Source: Tubiluchus corallicola
Taxonomy: Eukaryota; Animalia; Priapulida
Assembly (NCBI GenBank): GCA_030141605.1
Contig: JAQGDQ010000618.1
Location: 62,726-126,725, forward strand
Direction: 5' to 3'
Length of the DNA: 64,000 bases
Shown: positions 62,085 to 64,000 of the stretch, piece after piece
Layout: every line of letters begins with the position of its first letter
Position numbering within the stretch: the stretch's first letter is position 1
The notes under the pieces: generated by a model
What the model saw: only the letters and a program-made list of their open reading frames with translations
Databases searched by the model: none
Told to the model about the DNA's origin: nothing
Position numbers and translations under genes: made by a program

Positions 62085-62828
62085 CTAGTAGTGTTAATAC
62101 ATGCATGTCCATCTGTCTAGTAGTATTAATACATGCATGTCCATCTGTCTAGTAATGTTAATACATGCATGTCCATCTGTCTAGTAGTGTTAATACATGA
62201 ATGTCCATCTGTCTAGTAGTGTTAATACATGCATGTCCATCTGTCTAGTAGTATTAATACATGCATGCCCATCTGTCTAGTAGTGTTAATACATGCATGT
62301 CCATCTGTCTAGTAGTGTTAATACATGAATGTCCATCTGTCTAGTAGTGTTAATACATGAATGTCCATCTGTCTAGTAGTGTTAATACATGCATGCCCAT
62401 CTGTCTAGTAGTGTTAATACATGCATGCCCATCTGTCTAGTAGTGTTAATACATGCATGCCCATCTGTCTAGTAGTGTTAATACATGAATGTCCATCTGT
62501 CTAGTAGTGTTAATACATGCATGTCCATCTGTCTAGTAGTGTTAATATGTGCATGTCCACCTGTCTAGTAGTGTTAATACATGCATGTCCATCTGTCTAG
62601 TAGTGTTAATACCTGCATGTCCATCTGTCTAGTAGTGTTAATACGTGCATGTCCATCTGTCTAGTAGTGTTAATACATGAATGTCCATCTTTCTAGTAGT
62701 GTTAATACATGAATGTCCATCTGTCTAGTAGTGTTAATACATGAATGTCCATCTGTCTAGTAGTGTTAATAGATGCATTTCCATCTTTCTAGTAGTGTTA
62801 ATAGAAGCATGTCCACCTTTCTAGTAGT
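62085..62828. repeat. 32-bp minisatellite, ~23 copies
   Basis: CTAGTAGTGTTAATACATGCATGTCCATCTGT head-to-tail. Confidence 0.97.
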
Positions 62829-63859
62829 CATGTATATATGATTAGTCATGTATGCTCATAGAATACCTCGGTTATTGAGTGCTTTTTTTAGGCCCTTTCA
62901 GGTTTGCAGAAATGATGTTATACTGTAGTTGAATTGCATTGCGATGCATTGCAGGTCCACATATTGCTTCACTGTGTACCATGGACAATGTACAATGTAG
63001 CTGTTAGACGCATGAAATACACAACAAGGGAGGTACACAGTTAAACAATACACGATGCTCTGATACATGGTCAGGCATTACATGGCACTGGCTATATGGT
63101 AAGGCAGGATGGTAAGAATCACTGTGATACACGGCGAGGCGGTAGAGTGTCGAAGCATATTTATTAATTTCTTATAGTACACACTTACATAAAATACACA
63201 ACCAATTAATCAAATAGAATTTACATGAAAATTAGAGGAAGAAAATATATTAATGAGTGATGAAGTGGGTGCAAGAGAAAAGGTAGTGAAAGACGTATGG
63301 ATCGTCTTAAATTAACATATTAGAAACTATATGCGCTCTAGAAAGAAACTAAAAATTAGGTATAAGAGAAAAATATAAACAAAAATAAACAAACAAAACA
63401 AAAAACAGTGATAAAAATAAAGGCAAAATATACAATAAATAGTATATAGTTAACCTATATAACAGTAACATATAATAATTATTTAATAATGGCATATAAT
63501 CAATTTTAAATAGTTCGTGTTTCTAGTGTTAATAAATGGGCTTTATTAAATGTGTAAGATCATAGATTGCAATGCGATTTCATTATTTTATATGATTTAA
63601 ATAAGATGACAAATGTTACGTTAATTGAACAAATATCTTTTCTAGTGTTGAATTAATTCTGATCTACATTTTAATTGTCATCATATTTAAATAATCTTTG
63701 TCGCATTCTTCACTATAAAACACCAGGGAGCAGAATGACAGTAAAAGCAGATCGAGTGAGAACAAAATTGTATAGACTTCTAGATGTATCTGGCTAAAAC
63801 AATAAGTTCACTAGTTGTGATCACTGATCATTATTTATAATATTTCGTCATACGTAGTA

Positions 63860-64000
63860 CAGTGGCCGCCGCTTATTGTGGACACCCCGGGCCAGCAGTG
63901 TATGTCCATATTAAGCGGCTGTCCATATTAAGAGAAGTGACCCATGAAGACCCTTCCCCTTCATTAAAAAAGGCAAAAAACTGTCTGTATCAACTCGTCT
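63860..64000 (+). mobile_element. left end of pogo/Tigger-like MITE (runs off window)
   Basis: TA|CAGTGGCCGCCGCTTATTGTGGACAC with TCCATATTAAG repeats. Confidence 0.55.

Noticed and set aside
62085-62828. CRISPR-sized 32-bp repeats
   Set aside because: Head-to-tail with no spacers and no cas genes

Overview
AT-rich animal (invertebrate-like) nuclear DNA, not prokaryotic. Four spliced protein-coding genes were reconstructed by hand; all junctions are GT-AG and phase-consistent. (1) Minus strand, 7399 to <1698: N-terminal part of a RING + B-box protein resembling RNF17/Qin, continuing off the left edge. (2) Plus strand, 10577-24968: ~923-aa protein with a long basic-then-acidic disordered region and a C-terminal CCR4/nocturnin/angel-type EEP domain whose catalytic motifs are degenerate, so probably a pseudo-nuclease. 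(3) Minus strand, 50096-37244: ~795-aa A20/TNFAIP3-like OTU deubiquitinase with four A20-type zinc fingers, surrounded by clusters of NF-kB-like sites. (4) Minus strand, 61901-58849: NDUFAF4. Introns and intergenic DNA hold many MITEs (hAT-like with 8-bp TSDs, pogo-like, a 6-bp-TSD family), a tRNA-derived SINE, a 5S-rRNA-headed composite SINE, LINE relics, minisatellites and microsatellites. Family assignments come from recalled motifs, not database searches.
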